This document shows positions 21,155 through 32,858 of a stretch of DNA of 64,000 bases, in pieces; within the stretch, counting starts at the first letter, position 1; each line of letters starts with the position of its first letter. Under the pieces are notes generated by a model. The model was not told the DNA's origin, ran no database searches, and was given only the letters and a program-made list of their open reading frames with translations. Position numbers and translations under genes: made by a program. The DNA is from an uncultured Nitrososphaerales archaeon (GTDB taxonomy: Archaea; Thermoproteota; Nitrososphaeria; Nitrososphaerales; Nitrososphaeraceae): positions 64,001-128,000 of the forward strand of contig CAVQMO010000010.1 in the NCBI GenBank assembly GCA_963713605.1. The letters are read 5' to 3'.

Positions 21155-22881
21155 ATGTCTTCACTGCAACAACAACAACCACAAGTACCCGTTTTATTAT
21201 TAAAAGAGGGTGCTACTGAAACAAAGAAAAAAGATGCACAGAAAAATAATATCACAGCTGCCAAGTTAATAGCACAAATTCTAAAATCAAGTCTAGGTCC
21301 ACGAGGACTAGACAAGATGTTAGTTGATCCTATCGGTGATGTGACAATCACCAATGATGGGGCTACAATTCTAAAGGAAATCGAGGTACAACACCCAGCT
21401 GCAAAAATGATGGTTGAAGTCACCAAGTCAGTTGATAATGAGGTTGGGGACGGAACAACATCTGTTGTAGTTCTTGCAGGGTCGCTACTTGAAAAAGCTG
21501 AGGATTTGATAAACAAGAATGTACATCCAACAGTTATTGTGGACGGATATAGAAGAGCATCGGAGAAAGCAATCAAAATATTGCGAGAAATAAGTACAGA
21601 GATAGACCCTAGAAATAAAGAAGACCTAGCTAGAATAGCAAGGACAACCATGGCATCAAAGATGGTTTCTGGTCAGCAGAAACATTGGCAAATATAGTTG
21701 TAGATGCAATTCTAAAGGTTGCCGAAGAAATTGAATCTGAAGAGAGTAGTACCAAAAGGGGTGGGAGTGCTAGTTTAGGGAGAAGCAAGTATAAGATAGA
21801 TATCGATAATATTAAAGTCGAAAAGAAACCAGGAGCATCTATAAGTGATTCACGGTTAATAGAAGGAATCGTATTGGACAAAGAAGTTGTACATGGTGGA
21901 ATGCCGAAAAGAATTGAAAATGCAAGGATCGCTTTGTTGAACTGTCCTCTTGAGGTTGAAAAACCCGAATACGATACGAAGCTTAATATCAATAATCCCA
22001 GTCAAATGCAGAAATTCTTGGATGAGGAAAATCACATGCTTAAATCAATGGTCGACAAGATTTCATCGGCTGGTGCGAACGTAGTATTATGTCAGAAGGG
22101 AATTGATGATATGGTACAACACTATCTGGCTAGAGCAGGAATACTTGCTGTGAGAAGGATCAAAGAAAGTGATATGTCTAAATTAGCAAAAGCTACAGGT
22201 GCAACTTTGATTACAAATATAGACGAAATTACTAGTAGTGACTTGGGTAATGCCCAACTAGTTGAGGAACGACACGTAGAGACAGACAAGTGGGTTTTCA
22301 TCGAAGGTTCTAAGAATCCTAAAGCAATATCAATCCTGTTAAGAGGAGGTTCGCAGAGAGTAGTTGATGAGGTAGAAAGATCTGTACATGATGCACTGAT
22401 GACAGTCAAGGACGTAGTAGAATATCCTTACGTTGTACCAGGCGGAGGAGCTCCGGAAGCGATAGTATCACAAGAAATAAGAAAATGGTCTAACTCACTC
22501 GAGGGACGAGCCCAATTAGCTGCCGAACAATTTGCTGATAGTATGGAGACTATTCCGCTAGTTCTTGCAGAGAACGCTGGTATGGATCCGATCGATGCAC
22601 AGGTTCAGTTAAGAGCAAAGATTTCCGATAGTAACAAACCCAAATACGGTATTGATGTGATCAATAAGAAGATTGCTGATATGAATGCAAGAAATGTCTA
22701 TGAACCACTTTCAGTAAAGGAACACATTGTAAATGGAGCAACAGAAGTTGCATCTATGATTCTGCGAATAGATGATGTTATTGCTGCATCCAAATCCCAA
22801 CCACCTCCTGGTCCTCCTGGTCCTCCTGGTGGTGGTATGGGTGGAGGTTATGGCGGTGGCGACTATGGCGGAGATATGTGA
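21155..22881 (+). CDS. ths: Thermosome subunit (group II chaperonin); frameshift at ~21680
   Basis: [49 protein letters not shown] tail. Confidence 0.97.
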
Positions 22882-22994
22882 GTAGAATAGTCCTCGCATC
22901 ATTTTTTCTCGCAGTTTCAATTGTTTGTCAGACTATCATTACATAGAAATAATATCAGAAAGACATCTTAAATAATGAAAGGGTGTGAATACAA

Positions 22995-23818
22995 ATGAGA
23001 GTGACTGTGGCAGGAGAAAGAAGAAAGAATACATCAACTCTGGCAGATACTGATGTACTTCTAGATGTTCTAGGCAATGAAACGAGAAGAAGGATTTTGA
23101 ACCTGATTTCACATGAACCTATGTATTTTAACCAACTAACTAAAGAGATACGAACAGGTCAACAGGCAATCCTGCGCCATGTGAAGATATTGGAAGACAC
23201 CGGTTTGATTAAATCTTACGCTGAGAGAAGCGATCTAGGTGCTCCAGACAGAAAATATTATAAAGTCAACTCTTCTTTCAACCTGAGTATTTCAGTTTCA
23301 AATGATAATTTACTGTAAGAAATGAAGACATTGAGGAATTAAGATATAAAGAGGCAGACGCTCTTTACAAGAAATTTGATGAACTTGATTCCATTGTTCT
23401 TCAGCAAATTAGCAACCTGAATGAATCTGTAAATAAAAATAAAAATACTAAGGATACTCAGAGAAGACCAACGGTTTCACTAGGTCAAATACTTTCGAGG
23501 TTACAAAAGAATTTAGAAGATACAGAAGGACAAATACTACATCTAGAGTCTCGTCTTAATGACCTGCGAGCATTAAAACAAGCGATAATTAAAAAAATAC
23601 ATGATACAGAGAAAGAAAATTTTGATGATATAGAACGTAGACTTATATGCTCTGTAATGGAGGGACCGATGTGTCGAAATGAAGAGCAATTAACCATTTC
23701 AGAGCTTGCTGAAGTATTGGATAAGAATGAAAAAACAATAAGAAATGCACTATCTAGAATTACTGATAAACTAGAAATTGGGAGTAATATTTATGAATTG
23801 TTTAAGAATTTAAAATAG
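22995..23818 (+). CDS. ArsR-type HTH regulator with coiled coil (Phr/HSR1-like); frameshift at ~23310
   Basis: LDVLGNETRRRILNLISHEPMYFNQL..GQQAILRHVKILEDTGLI..GAPDRKYY; downstream frame open to TAG 23816. Confidence 0.85.
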
Positions 23819-23829
23819 AACTGCTTCTA

Positions 23830-24102
23830 TTAATTAATCAACTCTTCGAGAGACCGCGATAAAACGGGTAATGCAGGGGTCATAGGTTTCACTTCTACAT
23901 TCTTATTATTCAAAAGTCTGATTTTAGACTTCATGTTTCTTGGCCTTAATCTTAGACGATATCTACAGCAGGGACACACCAGTCCATCCCACTGAAGAAA
24001 TATTTCGCAGATTTGACATCTCTTTTGTCCAGTTGTGTACCTTCCTTGTCTGAATGCAGGCTTTCCAACTTTATATCTCACACATATACCTCTGCAAGTC
24101 AT
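23830..24102 (-). CDS. Cys-rich Zn-finger protein
   Basis: MTCRGICVRYK..GQKRCQICEIFLQWDGLVCPCCRYRLR. Confidence 0.85.
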   Translation of the reverse strand: MTCRGICVRYKVGKPAFRQGRYTTGQKRCQICEIFLQWDGLVCPCCRYRLRLRPRNMKSKIRLLNNKNVEVKPMTPALPVLSRSLEELIN

Positions 24103-24286
24103 ATTTGGATTTTTGCACCTTATTGATTTTACTTTATTTATGATTTAAAATTATTTTAAGGTTATCCTAGAATAATGACCTTTTACTACTCCACGACTCT
24201 AATACTGTGATAGATATCCTTCGAATTAAAATATAAGTAAATAGGGTTATATAGAGTGAAATAATGTTAAGGAAAGGTAAACGGGC

Positions 24287-25441
24287 ATGAGGGAAAGAAA
24301 AGACTCACAACAGCGAAATGGACAAGGACAATGTGATTGCCTGAAAAGCGCAAAAGCACTTAATTCAATTGAAAATAATGGTATTGAATATCATCAACAA
24401 TTCCAGACAATATTCAATTTATACTATTCTGGAATTCCAGCTTATATTATAGCATTTCAGTTGGATATGAATGAAGAAGATGTTCACAAAGTCATCCAGT
24501 CCACTTTGGATGGTAAGAGCTCATTATCGTCATCACCGTTTTCTGTATCATTATTAGAAAACGAATCTACTAAAAGTAGTACAATACCTATTGATGCAGT
24601 TTTTAATACGGATATAGCAATAAAGAATGCTCAAGTAAGAATGTGGAAGGCTCTGAAGTCAGAACCCGAAATTACCTTGTCAATGGAGCAGACTAATGAG
24701 GTCCTGAGAGCCTTTGCAAAATCGAAGGCTACGCTAGTCATACTCAATATTGATCTCGTCGATTCAACTGAACTATCAATTTCATTACCTCTAGAGAGGC
24801 TTTCTACTATACTCCAAACTTTCATGCAGGAGGTTGCGTCAGTCATTGTATCTTATGGTGGTTATGTATTAAAATATGTAGGAGATGCAGTTTTAGGATT
24901 TTTTCTTGTGCCCGCTAAATATAGGTTTGAAAAAGATATGTTCGAATATGATAACAACAGTGGAGATCACATCAATCTCATAAATCAGAGAAAGGATAAT
25001 CTCAATAGTTTGTACATGCCTTGTGTAAATGCTATTAATTGTGGTAGGTCAATAATAAAAATATTAGATCAAGCTATTAATCCGATTCTTAATCAATATG
25101 GCTATCCAGAAATGTCGGTACGAATAGGTATAGATATCGGTGAAAACGTAGTAGTTCAAGATGGATGGGATATCCATAAACTGCAGCAACCACATAATCA
25201 AGGGACAGATGAAACAGCAATAATTAGAGAACCGCATTTTGATATCATAGGTTATAGCACCAATATCGCAGTAAAGATGACAAGACTTGCTAGTGCAAAT
25301 AAGATCGTCATTGGTCAATCCATATATGATATTTTGGATCATGAAAAATCTTCATTCAAGCCGTTAGATGTTAATCCCGAAGTTTGGAAATATATAGATG
25401 ATATGACTGATGCACTTTATCGAATATATCATTGTAATTGA
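24287..25441 (+). CDS. Class III adenylate/guanylate cyclase domain protein
   Basis: ILNIDLVDST, VLKYVGDAVLGFF, VRIGIDIG, DIIGYSTNIAVK. Confidence 0.9.
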   Translation: MRERKDSQQRNGQGQCDCLKSAKALNSIENNGIEYHQQFQTIFNLYYSGIPAYIIAFQLDMNEEDVHKVIQSTLDGKSSLSSSPFSVSLLENESTKSSTIPIDAVFNTDIAIKNAQVRMWKALKSEPEITLSMEQTNEVLRAFAKSKATLVILNIDLVDSTELSISLPLERLSTILQTFMQEVASVIVSYGGYVLKYVGDAVLGFFLVPAKYRFEKDMFEYDNNSGDHINLINQRKDNLNSLYMPCVNAINCGRSIIKILDQAINPILNQYGYPEMSVRIGIDIGENVVVQDGWDIHKLQQPHNQGTDETAIIREPHFDIIGYSTNIAVKMTRLASANKIVIGQSIYDILDHEKSSFKPLDVNPEVWKYIDDMTDALYRIYHCN

Positions 25442-25753
25442 TTCACTGATATTGTAGTCGCTCATCTACAGTGTGTAACATTTATTATTATGTTAATCAT
25501 TTTGTCAGATAAGAAATTACTACCCTTGAACAACTCAGTCTAGAACCAACATGCATGTACGACAGCGACCTAGATATAGTTGTGAAAAATGTCAGTTTAA
25601 CTTCCCCATTATTTTGGATCGGAGTTAGCACGAAAGAGTAGATTATAGTAGAACCAACAATGATTAAGTGTAATTCTATCATCACGCTCGATATAAGGCT
25701 TTGAAAGAGGAAACTTAAATATGATAGTTGATTACTAAATACAGAGGAATACC

Positions 25754-25888
25754 ATGTCATCATCAAGCGAAACTCCAATGTGTGAAGAATGTGGTGCAGT
25801 ATTCATTACCATAGAAGAGCTTAATGAGCATCGAAAAGCAGAAAGGGAAGATAAAAAGTTACGGCATATGGGTCTTGATGGTGGTTAG
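25754..25888 (+). CDS. Small C2H2-like Zn-finger protein (44 aa)
   Basis: MSSSSETPMCEECGAVFITIEELNEHRKAEREDKKLRHMGLDGG*. Confidence 0.7.
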   Translation: MSSSSETPMCEECGAVFITIEELNEHRKAEREDKKLRHMGLDGG

Positions 25889-25991
25889 ATCAGTACTGTT
25901 ATCATGAAAAAGTTTTGATATCCTATTTAAATACTCACAGACGGTGGGTAACGAATAAATATCGTCTTTAATATTATATGTATAAGTACAG

Positions 25992-26622
25992 GTGACGACC
26001 AAATGGGTGCAACATTTGGGAAGATACTTTAACAAGGGCGTGAAATCACTAGACAATCCACACATTGGATTTGTTGTCAGGAAAACAGATGACAAAATAG
26101 TTGTATTTGGCGATGGAAAGATACGATATTACATTCCTTTATCAGAAATACGGACTACTGAAAAGAATGTGTTGATAGGACGTAATTTAAAGGGAAATAG
26201 AAACGACGTACAAAGTGGATAGAGACGCACCGCTACCCACCGGAAGACCGGTAAAACCTTGGATTTTATCTCATGACATAGACCTTGCTTCATATAAAGG
26301 AAAATTCCCTAACTCACTATTTAATAAACATGTCAGAGCTCGAAATGAAGATCATGTTGGGCATGTGATGAAAGAAAACAGATGACAAATGGTTGTATTC
26401 GGATACGACGATAACAAGTTCGATATCCCTAAATCCAGAATTATAGCTGTAGGCAAGAACGTGATTGTAGATATGGATTTTCCAGAAATCTTTGACAATA
26501 AGGTTGATAGAACTAATGCTCCTCTACCCACTGGAGAACCAAGGAGAGATAAGTTACGAAGAATAAATGTGAACACACACGATCTTAATGCAGTATTAAT
26601 CCTTTGTTTTATTTTTCATTAG
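25992..26622 (+). pseudogene. Two-repeat (PRC-barrel-like) protein, disrupted
   Basis: Internal duplication: GFVVRKTDDKIVVFG..YYIP..NVLI..VDRDAPLPTG and GHVMKE..MVVFG..FDIP..NVIV..VDRTNAPLPTG. Confidence 0.65.
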
Positions 26623-26678
26623 TGTGTTGATAATGCTGTAGAATATCTATGATCTATTCTAACTGAAAGATCGATGGT

Positions 26679-28226
26679 TTAGGGTGGTGCTGAAGTTCGG
26701 TCCGCAACACTCTTGGCAATTGCAATAGTGGCTTTATTACCCGTAAGTATTCTAGTCGAACTAGTAATTCTATTGTATAACTCAATATGATTTCTTGCAA
26801 CTATATTCCATTTCAGGTATTTCCTGAAATCTTCAACAGCTTTTTCGTATTTATCATAATTTCTATCCAGCTCCGAAAGTGCCTCAGAAAATGCATTTGG
26901 CGTTCTTTTTGCAGCTATCCCCAGACCTTTTGATGCAAATTCTTTAAAGAAGGGCAAGTCCGAAGCAATGAATGGAATTCCATGTCCTAGGGCATCGAAC
27001 ATGACACCTGACCCAGAGGTTATCTTATAAGGAAGGAGAACTACATCTGACGCATAAAATAGTGCTGAAAGATTTTCTTCTGAGAGATAGTCCTGATTCA
27101 GATTTATTATATTCCCAAGATTGTCTAATCGAATCCTTTCACCAGTAGTATGATTTACTGACGAATTGATTACAATTGTCCAATTATCTGGTATCCTCAT
27201 TTTTCTTAGAATATCCCATCCTTTAGCGATAGACATAAATCCGAATGCTATGGCTATTCTATGGCTATTCTTTTGTGGAAGAGATGGGAACCTAGTTTTT
27301 GCGTCTTTCTTACTAATTCCCTCAATAGAAGTTACAGGTTCAGCACCGTGATATAATAGCCTCATTTTACTGTCGTATCCCTTATTACTTTTCATCGCAT
27401 CAATGATTGTCCGCATATACTCAGAAAACACTATACCTGTGCTGCTATTTAGCAACTTTTTCTTATTTTGATTTTGAAAAGCTTCATAATTGATAAGGTA
27501 TTTCCAGTATATGCTTATATCGTCCAACATATTCCTTAAGCCTGGTAATAGTTTGTAATTCTTGTTATCCATATTCTTTTCTGGGGTCAATAGGCTTTCT
27601 TTCTTCTTGTTTATCTTTATTTCAGGTATTCTCATCCATTGTCTAAAGACATATCCCGAATGAAATGTAGTGACTATCGGGACTTTGCTGTTGGTATAAA
27701 ATGAGTCAATCGTAGTATGAATTTTGGATGGTCTGTATGAATGCAGCTTTAGACCATATAACCCTGGCTCATATTGTATGTGTACAATATCAGGTTTAAT
27801 CTTATCAACCAAACGTAATATAATTTCGGAGTTATGTATATTGTTAGGTGAGAGTCCGACAAAATCTCCGTTCCCTCGGTTATCACATGCTACATAGACC
27901 TCTATACCCTGTCTCCTAAGTTCCTGTACGAGATTGTATGTATATCGACCAACGCCTCCATTGATTGGTGGATATTCCGGTGAAACCATTAGAACGCGAA
28001 GTTTGTCAAATGAGGATGCTGATGAAGTTAGTCTCAAAATATCTTTGTCATTTGTCGTATCCGTTTTCTTTGAGTTAATGTAGTAGTCCTTTCCTGTACT
28101 CACATTCCCCACATCTCTGTGTGCATCTACATAATATACAGAATGATATTTATCCGTTACCCACCGTCTGTGAGTATTTGAATAGGATATCAATGATTTT
28201 TTTGTCTTCCCGTTGCTGACAAACAC
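26679..28226 (-). CDS. Glycosyltransferase family 4
   Basis: RVLMVSPEYPPINGGVGRYT, PDIVHIQY, ASDVVLLPY..SGSGVMFDALGHGIPFIASD. Confidence 0.92.
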   Translation of the reverse strand: MFVSNGKTKKSLISYSNTHRRWVTDKYHSVYYVDAHRDVGNVSTGKDYYINSKKTDTTNDKDILRLTSSASSFDKLRVLMVSPEYPPINGGVGRYTYNLVQELRRQGIEVYVACDNRGNGDFVGLSPNNIHNSEIILRLVDKIKPDIVHIQYEPGLYGLKLHSYRPSKIHTTIDSFYTNSKVPIVTTFHSGYVFRQWMRIPEIKINKKKESLLTPEKNMDNKNYKLLPGLRNMLDDISIYWKYLINYEAFQNQNKKKLLNSSTGIVFSEYMRTIIDAMKSNKGYDSKMRLLYHGAEPVTSIEGISKKDAKTRFPSLPQKNSHRIAIAFGFMSIAKGWDILRKMRIPDNWTIVINSSVNHTTGERIRLDNLGNIINLNQDYLSEENLSALFYASDVVLLPYKITSGSGVMFDALGHGIPFIASDLPFFKEFASKGLGIAAKRTPNAFSEALSELDRNYDKYEKAVEDFRKYLKWNIVARNHIELYNRITSSTRILTGNKATIAIAKSVADRTSAPP

Positions 28227-28494
28227 TTAAGGTGAGTAACAAATAAATATCTGGGTAGTATAATATGAAAACAGGTGATATCATAGTGGAGAGATCCCAT
28301 GGAGATATACATCAAGAATTTTTGAAGATGCTGACAGTTCCGAGAATCATTCTCGTTTAGAGCTGTTCAACAAAGTATTTAACCTGATTAGATGTTGTTT
28401 TCATCCATTAGTATCAGAGAAGTTGTTATATTTATTTGGCATGAAATTAGATTACAATTACAATGGCTAAATAGTATGTAACATTAGAAAACGG

Positions 28495-29064
28495 TTGATG
28501 AGAAATACCATCCAGATAGTGTTATGGATATCTGTTTCCCTAGGCCTGTCTTTTGTAATTATGTCATACACTAGTAATGGAATTGACTTTTCTAGGGCAC
28601 AAAATGAAACTCAAAACCAAACACAGACACAAGATCAATCTAATATATCACAATCAAAATTTCTCAAGAACAGTACTTCATTTGGAAATGCAACAGCTGA
28701 TCTCAAGGTAAAACATGCACCTGAGTTTTCGACCCTTACAATCCAACCTTGGCCAATGGTGGAACCCAATGAGAAATTTAATATTACAGGTATTTTGGTT
28801 GATAAAATAACTCTCCAACCAGTACCCAGTTCATCTGTGTCTTTCTTATATGAATCTGCTTCTGAAGAAATACCACCTTTCTCATTAGAACCAATAGATA
28901 ACCAAAATACTGATGCTACTGGAAAGTTTAGTACTACGGCAAATGCGCCCAGTATGGAGGGTATAACATCTGTTACTGCGGTGTTCAATGGAAGTGGTCT
29001 ATATCATTCGGCAGCATCGAATCCAGCCTTAGTGATAGTATCTAATTCAACGCTTCCACCATAG
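28495..29064 (+). CDS. Secreted Ig-like fold protein
   Basis: Signal/TM, Gln/Asn linker, FNITGILVD..TDATGKFS..VTAVFNGSGLY. Confidence 0.75.
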   Translation: MMRNTIQIVLWISVSLGLSFVIMSYTSNGIDFSRAQNETQNQTQTQDQSNISQSKFLKNSTSFGNATADLKVKHAPEFSTLTIQPWPMVEPNEKFNITGILVDKITLQPVPSSSVSFLYESASEEIPPFSLEPIDNQNTDATGKFSTTANAPSMEGITSVTAVFNGSGLYHSAASNPALVIVSNSTLPP

Positions 29065-29407
29065 CTATAACTAGTGTGGATATTGGCTAATTGTGGATAT
29101 GACAAGATCATACTTCATTTCTTTACTCGTTCTGTTTACCTTCTCTATTGCTGATTGGAACGATGAGTCCCTTGTTCTATACTTGGATCGGACGGCCGTA
29201 AATCGTCTAGCATTTCTACGAATAACTGCAGATAACTAAGACATTATTTATATAACGTACCTCTATAGTTTTGAAAGAATCTTTCACTGCACTTGTGGCA
29301 TCAACTGAAAGGACAATCATTCGGGCCATGATAATATATGTTTACATGACTGACAAATCTTATACTTTTAAATTTTTTGATGTCCCACCTATTACCGGGC
29401 GACTCAT

Positions 29408-29656
29408 ATGATAACGACCGATAGAGAAAGAAGGCTAAGAAATCTTAGTGATGCAATAGGCAGTTGGCTAGAAAAAGAGGTTGAACAAAACAAAGCAGGC
29501 CTAAGCGATTCACTAAGTCAGAATTTTGCGAGGGAAATAACCTTGGCTGATACATGTATCTATCGTGGTGACTTTGACGGGGCATTATACCACGGTCTGT
29601 TGGCAGATCTTATACATGATACTCTGAAGGATTTGGAGGAAAAAGGACACCATTGA
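29408..29656 (+). CDS. Hypothetical protein
   Basis: Clean 82-aa ORF. Confidence 0.6.
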   Translation: MITTDRERRLRNLSDAIGSWLEKEVEQNKAGLSDSLSQNFAREITLADTCIYRGDFDGALYHGLLADLIHDTLKDLEEKGHH

Positions 29657-29729
29657 AAGACTGACAAGACTTCAGCAACAATTCCAAATATGTAATATGC
29701 AAGTCTTAAATAGGCGAGATAAAGAGCAG

Positions 29730-30180
29730 CTAAGCTGTTGAGTCTCCACGGACTTTTACCTTTTCACTTCTTACTTCATCAGTGACTTGCCTAGTCTCTG
29801 TTACCGGTTTTTTCTTTACCGATACCTCTTCCTTTACGTACGGTTCCTTTGTTACTTTGACATGCTCATCTTTTAGTGGTATTCTAATCTCTTCCTCTGA
29901 AGTCACTGGTTCATCACTTGGTGTTTGTTGTTGGGGGCTATCTCCGGTTACATCATGCTTCTCGACCACCAACTCTTCATGAGTCACCGGTACTTCAACA
30001 GTTTTCGTTTCGGTGACTGGTTACTTTACTATTTTTGCTTCTCTTTCTGTTTCTGTTTTAGAGACATCTAACCTCTCACCCATGACTGGGATCCTTGTCT
30101 CGATGTCTGATGGTAATGCATCTTTGAGTGGGTTTTCATCTCTGTAATTGGTTCTGTATTCCTCGTCTACTGTCTTTTTG
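29730..30180 (-). CDS. YsnF/AvaK (DUF2382) domain protein, frameshifted
   Basis: RIPVMGERLDVSK..EAKIVK, VEVPVTHEELVVE, IRIPLKDEHVKVTKEPYVKEEVSVKKKPVTETRQVTDEVRSEKV. Confidence 0.85.
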
Positions 30181-30216
30181 ATTGATGGAAAATGGACTTC
30201 TTATCGATTGTTGCTT

Positions 30217-30414
30217 CTATAAAGCTTCTTTCATTTTATTATATACAGTCTTTGTACTTTTCTTTACGTTCTGTACGCCTGTATCGTGTTCGGCTAATTC
30301 TGTATTTTCTTTAATCTCATGTCCAATATACTCTGCAGCTTTCTTTATCTCATGCCCAACATGTTCTGAATCTTTCTTTAGCTTAGCCATTTCTTTCCAA
30401 CCAATCTTATTCAT
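30217..30414 (-). CDS. Small hydrophilic repeat protein (possibly the N-terminus of the YsnF gene)
   Basis: EHVGHEIKKAAEYIGHEIKE 11-mer periodicity. Confidence 0.5.
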   Translation of the reverse strand: MNKIGWKEMAKLKKDSEHVGHEIKKAAEYIGHEIKENTELAEHDTGVQNVKKSTKTVYNKMKEAL

Positions 30415-30496
30415 CTTATTATAAATGGCTTATAGCGGTAAGATAGACTCTACATTCGCTGGAGACAATTATATAATATGTAGATAGAGTACTACC

Positions 30497-31133
30497 ATGT
30501 CAAAGAGAGAACAAGAGAAAGCTATTGATGACACCAAGAAAGTCGCCGAACAAGCCAAGAGTGTAGAAGACAAAATAGAAGCAGCTGAAACTCTGCAAGA
30601 AGTTGGTCAGCAAGCGGCAGCACAAGAAATCCAACAAATATATCGTAGATCATTAGATGAAACAAAAGAGAATGTAAGAAAATCAATCGATGAAGCGAGA
30701 ACTCAAATTCCAAAATATACTAATGTTGTCAAGAATTATCAAGAACAAGCATTAGAATCATCCGGAAAAATGGTAGAAGATTACATAAATACTCAAAAGT
30801 CCGTAATGGATTCCGTCTTTAGCTCTGTAGCCCCATACTACGAGAACACTTATCGAATGTACAGCTATTGGTTTTCTCCGAGGGTCCCAGCGGAGTTGTG
30901 GACCAGATTCTGTCAGCAACAGTGTTGAGAACATTTCATCAACAGCAAGATTAAATAATGAAATCTTATTCGGAATAGTTGATGCTTGGAGAAATGCGTT
31001 CGAACGAGCACAACAACATACACAAGAGCTTGCGAGAATCAATACAAACACGGCAAGAGCATTTGAAAATACAGCAAGAGAAACAGCTGCAGTGTTTTCA
31101 GTTAGTAATAGACAACGAGAAGTTTATAGATAG
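30497..31133 (+). CDS. All-helical Gln/Glu-rich (phasin-like) protein; frameshift at ~30905
   Basis: RSLDETKENVRKSIDEARTQIPKYTNVVKNYQEQ; shifted frame ..AQQHTQELARINTNTARAFENTARE. Confidence 0.7.
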
Positions 31134-31273
31134 AAATCACGCTAGTCAGTTAATGACTACGCTGACTAATTATTTATTATTTTAATCATATTGCAACTTT
31201 TTGCAATGATTATATACTTTTATGAATATGTGATTACAGTTGTATAAGGGATGCTATAATTGCTGTTACACCC

Positions 31274-31609
31274 CAGAATCAATCTTAATCTTTATGTTTT
31301 TATCCCCAGATTTAGTTTTTTAAAATATCTGCGATACCATCTCCCGACTTACCTGTCCCAATTATATCTACTGTATATTCTTTGGCTACTTCTACAGGTT
31401 TCGAGAAACTATTGCTAGTTGGTGTTCCAGAATTTCCAGTACTCTGCTCGTCACCACTCATTGAAATCTAATAGAAGATTGTGTATCATGATATATAACT
31501 AATGTATTGGTCTTGGTGCTTTGCAGTATTCTACACTAGATTTACAGGTCTCATTAGGTACTAGTATGAGAATAGTTGTTAGATATCTGTTGATATAATG
31601 ATTATATAC
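31274..31609 (-). repeat. Copy 2 of the inverted repeat, carrying a truncated TRAM pseudogene (31274-31461)
   Basis: Reverse complement of 2964-3319 with an internal deletion over RIQGFVIFV and loss of the 3' end. Confidence 0.95.
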
Positions 31610-31779
31610 TTTCATGGACATATTTTATGACAGCTGAACTAATTAGCTAGAGTGGCAATTATTTAATCCCCGGTCGCTTATAATTTGAATTGTGTAATAT
31701 CGTATGATATTTAGTCATAGAAAAAATTATCAGACAATGATGCAAGCCTATTTTGTGTCGTTGCAGCCGCCCCATCAAC

Positions 31780-31876
31780 CGATCTTAATGTACAAGTCAA
31801 TACTTTTTTTTGCATCATATATTATATAATATTGAATAAAACTAGCTAAGAATGACCGGGTTAAAGAAAGGTGCTC
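31780..31876 (-). repeat. Inverted partner of 13545-13644
   Basis: Direct comparison. Confidence 0.85.
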
Positions 31877-32379
31877 TTATCTTATCGTTCTGTAATCTGC
31901 CTAAATTGTTTACCATAGGTACGCAGAATCTGGGAAACAGTTAGCTCTTGTGCTAACAGTTGCTGCTGCTGACTCATACTGTACCAGTATCATAATCAAC
32001 AAGCTATTTAGAACCTGCCACAATAGCTAACCACTATAACAGAAAATCAGAATTATTTATTTAGCAAGCTTTCTAATGTGTGATGGATTGATGCTATCTA
32101 ATCCATCATAAATCGGTGTATGAATTTGAAATAAAGCAATATAATGATTATATACTTTTATGAATAACTTTTAGAATGAAAGACAGTGTCACGAAGAACA
32201 TGGAAGCATACACCACAGTTAACTGGTACATTGGAGAAATTGTATTTCATCTCGCCGGTCAGCTATGTATAATGCATTCAATTTTACGTTAGTTCCGATT
32301 TCTACTTCTTCTTTGAGCGTTCCGATTTTTTCATCTACAATCTTTTGAAGCTCGACGAGTTAGTGTTTAGACATACCCA

Positions 32380-32706
32380 ATGAACGCGAGTATTTCCAAT
32401 CCATCAGACAGGTACATCAATCAGGCCGAGAAGGGACCATCATTTCACACTGGTGCTTTCATGGATGGATATAATGCTGGCTTCAATGCATGCTCAAGCA
32501 GTAGCGGCGGCGGTAATAATGGTGGTAATGACGGAACAAGAGAATCAGGTTATGCGAGAGGAAAGTCAGACTATCAGAACGGCCGTGGGTACGATGATAG
32601 ATGTGATCCAAATGTCTCAGATTTTGCATGTGCTTTGTATAAAGCCGGCTACGCAGCCGGATGGGGTGCTACAGGAATTCTGCGTCCTGAAACTCGTAAT
32701 GACTAA
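32380..32706 (+). CDS. Gly/Cys-containing protein with GYxxG[FW] motifs, probably 5'-truncated
   Basis: DGYNAGFNAC, SGYARGKSD, CDP..CALYKAGYAAGWG. Confidence 0.6.
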   Translation: MNASISNPSDRYINQAEKGPSFHTGAFMDGYNAGFNACSSSSGGGNNGGNDGTRESGYARGKSDYQNGRGYDDRCDPNVSDFACALYKAGYAAGWGATGILRPETRND

Positions 32707-32858
32707 AGTGGAGGTTGGTTGTTAAATGCAAATGCCAATTTAACGCAGTTTGTGATTTCCAGATCTGGATAGAATGATGTCTTGAGGTTAAAGTCATATT
32801 CAACCTAACACTGGCCGTATTAATTGACGAGTTCGTTAATCTTGATGGAGCGAGGGCC

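Noticed and set aside
21127..22920. Antisense ORFs over the thermosome (and similar ones over copA, STAND, hydrolase and ADH genes)
   Set aside because: Shadow frames of well-supported genes on the opposite strand.
24287..25441. Pycsar-like defence cyclase
   Set aside because: Purine-selecting Lys/Asp are present and there is no adjacent cNMP-binding effector; looks like an ordinary class III cyclase.
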